Shown here: piece after piece, positions 61,315 through 64,000 of the stretch | Layout: every line of letters begins with the position of its first letter | How positions within the stretch are numbered: the first letter of the stretch is position 1 | Assembly: GCA_030704615.1 (NCBI GenBank) | Contig: CM060732.1 | Span: 49,910,001-49,974,000, forward strand | Length of the DNA stretch: 64,000 nt | Direction of reading: 5' to 3' | Source of the DNA: Takakia lepidozioides | Lineage: Eukaryota > Plantae > Bryophyta | Program-made: the position numbers and the translations under genes | Notes under the pieces: generated by a model | What the model saw: the letters and a program-made list of their open reading frames with translations, nothing else | What the model was told of the DNA's origin: nothing | The model's database searches: none

Positions 61315-62349
61315 GCAAGGTTGGTGTTGTCCCTGGTGTGGTGTCGACGATTGCACTGTGTGATTACTCATTGGCGACGTTGTTTGCTGCTGCAGTAGGG
61401 CCCTGTGTGGGGGCGTTGGTGATGCGCAGGTGGTGGCCTGGCCTGGCGAGCAACGTATGGGCTGGGCCTGTTACTGCCTGGGCCAGAGGTGAATCAGCAA
61501 TGTTGAATTTTGGAGGAGATATATGCTGGAGTTGAACTACGGGAGCTGACGGTGTAAAGTGCAGTTTGGGCTGGCTGATAGGAAGAAGAGATAGGAAGAA
61601 GGTGCTGCAAACCGAGAGCACTCGAAGCGGCCTGTGAAGAGGAGGAAGGCTTCAAAGATGTACAAGCCAACTCGGATACTCTGTCGAACGACCCAAATTG
61701 TGATTGAGATAACATTTCTTGAAGAAGAAGCTGCCTCAGCTCTCTGCCCAACCGTGCGAGAGGATTAAAGGGAGATATAGTTGTAACCTGCGAAAAGAGA
61801 AAGAATGAAGCATAGGGAGGGACATGCTTGACCGGTGCATGAGACCCATCACCAACACTGAAGGCACTGCCAGGGAATCCAGTCGGTTGCCAGATCGCAG
61901 GCCGGAGAAGCAAGCCTGGACGGAGGCCACTCTTGCAACCTTCTTGCTTCCGGACAGAGTGGGAATGCCAGTGGCCACCCAGGAAGATGCAGCACAGGCA
62001 GCCATTATTGAAGCAAACCGTATCAAAACCTGCACAAACTAGAGGATTGATGAGGACTGAGAGGATTGATGCATGATCCATTAGGGCAGCCGAGCAGCAT
62101 TTGCAGAGGAGGTTGCTCCATGCGAGATCGCCCTTACTGTGAGCTGAACCTGAGGACACCCACACCATGCCGCTGATGCCAAGGACGCTGTGATGCCCTG
62201 TGCTGTTGTTGTAAGTCCCGCCATAGCTCTCTCTCTCTCACGGAAGATTGCTGCTGTGGAGTGCGCTTGGAAATGCGGTGATGGTGGTCCTCCGCAGTGT
62301 AGAACAGGTCGGGGGCGTGTGTGCGTCCAGACACCACAGTCCAGCAAAG

Positions 62350-62435
62350 TCGACAGCATTCTATGCTCGAACTGCACCGGAAATGAGGCAGTAGTGTGCT
62401 CACAGTGTGAGGGGAACGGCCTCGGGAACCTGTAG
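62350..62435 (+). pseudogene. DnaJ-type zinc-finger fragment
   Basis: CSNCTGNEAVVCSQCEGNG (CxxCxGxG-like repeats) with no supporting gene structure. Confidence 0.4.
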
Positions 62436-64000
62436 ATAACCAGGGAACAGGAACCAAGACAAGTATTTTTATTTTTATTTTAAAAGAGTTTTCTTTGTAT
62501 TTGTTGTCTTATTAAAATAAATAAATAAAAAAGGGAAAGAAAAGAAAAATGTGTTAGGTTTAAAGAGCCTGGTTGGTCATATCTTTGTCAAATGAGCTCC
62601 GTTTGACTCAGTTTTTGGGGGGATAGCTGCAGAAAGGGGAAATCTACCTAAATAGACCTGGTTTTTGTTTTTGGGACTCTGCTAAAAATCTATGGAATTT
62701 TTAGAGTGTGAGTGTGCCGTGAAAGATCCACAATTCTGTTTCTAGAACCTGTTCTGGTCTATTTGAGAGACATATCTGTGGATGTCCTCCTTGTATGGCT
62801 GGGGGAAATGAGGACGTAATTGAAGGGCAAGTCTCTTCTCTTAGCCTGTGCACACAAGGGAACAAGATTTATGTTTCCCAAGGAACTCAGACTGATTTGA
62901 GTGGAGAACAATTGGACGAGTTGATTGCATAATGGGAGTCAGGCATTAGCAGTGGACAACAGACTGCTGTAGTTGGCGTTGAGGGCCTCAATATCGCTTT
63001 GGACAGTCAGAACTCTGTTGGAGCCAACAGTTCTGCAGCTGTAAGTGAAATACCAAAGTGGGTGAAAGCTAGGCTTGGAACACAGCCAAAGACAGCCCCG
63101 GGGACCAAGGTGTTCAGCCACAAGGCTGTGGTGTACTGGAGCAGAGGAGCAGGAGCTACACAAGTTTGTGCAATCAGACAGCGTTGCAGCCGGACACGCT
63201 CTGCACAAGGCAACCACGAGCGGGGGTTCATTAGCGAGGACAAGTTTGTTCTGTTTGAAGGAGATGCAGTCATTCGCAATGAGGACACCCGCAACCGTCT
63301 CAAAGCTTTCGAGTTGAGAGACTATCAGACCCTACATTTGTTTTCTTTAGTGTTTAGTGAGCGGGAGATATCAGAGTGTTGCTTTGTCTCTACTTGGCAA
63401 AAAGAGGAGGAGGGTTGGTTAGAGCGAGCTACTGTAGCTTGGGACAAGGTTAGTGGCAGGTTTCTGGACATATATATACCTCCTACACCTTACCATCATG
63501 CAGAGCGAGGCACTTTGAGAGAAGTCTGGCAGTTGATAGCATAGATCAGGATTAGATCTTGCTGGGTCGGGCTTCTATTCTTCCCCTCCATCTCTGTACT
63601 ATTTTCATTACCTTGTACTTGTAGTTGCCAAAGCCTCTCTTGGTGGAGGCCAGTCAGTCCGGGGTTTTGGGCTGGGATATTCTGCAGGATCAGCGTTGCT
63701 GCTTGATTTTGGTGTGGGGGTGTTGATGTTTTGATTTCTTGTGTTTGGATCCCCCCCAACACCTGCATGCTTGATTGTGCGCCATGTTGGTTTTGTGTGG
63801 GCGCTTGCTTTCATAGGGATTAGGCCGGATTTGATCACCAGTCAATCCTAGAGTATGCTGTCGGTGGTGAGGCTGGAGTGATGACCAGCAAGACCACCAG
63901 TGTTTCTTCTATGGTGAGGCTGGGTTGATGACCAGCCAACCATAGGAGTTCTTGCGGTGGATGCAGGTGCAGGTGCCCTGAGCCACTGGGATATGACCCT

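Overview
Eukaryotic, TE-rich plant genomic DNA. A non-seed land plant (bryophyte, lycophyte or fern) is inferred from a Tcn1-type chromovirus, an RTE-X-like LINE, a Sola-like transposase and a PLS-type PPR remnant. There is one clearly intact host gene: a 9-exon extra-large G-protein alpha subunit (XLG, about 13258-27652, +, about 1364 aa). Its introns hold one near-complete LINE (16-bp TSD) and three antisense pieces of the same family. The rest is nested mobile DNA: a decayed Sola-like DNA transposon, a Gypsy remnant whose LTR is split by an inversion, a full-length Tcn1-like chromovirus (5-bp TSD, self-priming PBS), hAT/CACTA/SINE remnants and gene-fragment debris. The most unusual structure is a mirror-organised, about 15-kb element (about 44.9-59.5 kb). 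It carries a hAT (DUF659-type) transposase, a Ser/Thr-like protein kinase and an uncharacterised accessory ORF. Each of these genes is preceded by an array of the CpG-rich palindrome GCGACCGCC-N6-GGCGGTCGC, spaced at about 52-53 bp in the largest array. The layout recalls a TE-encoded regulatory or anti-silencing system (inference). This copy is mutated in all three genes, and its exact termini could not be resolved by eye.
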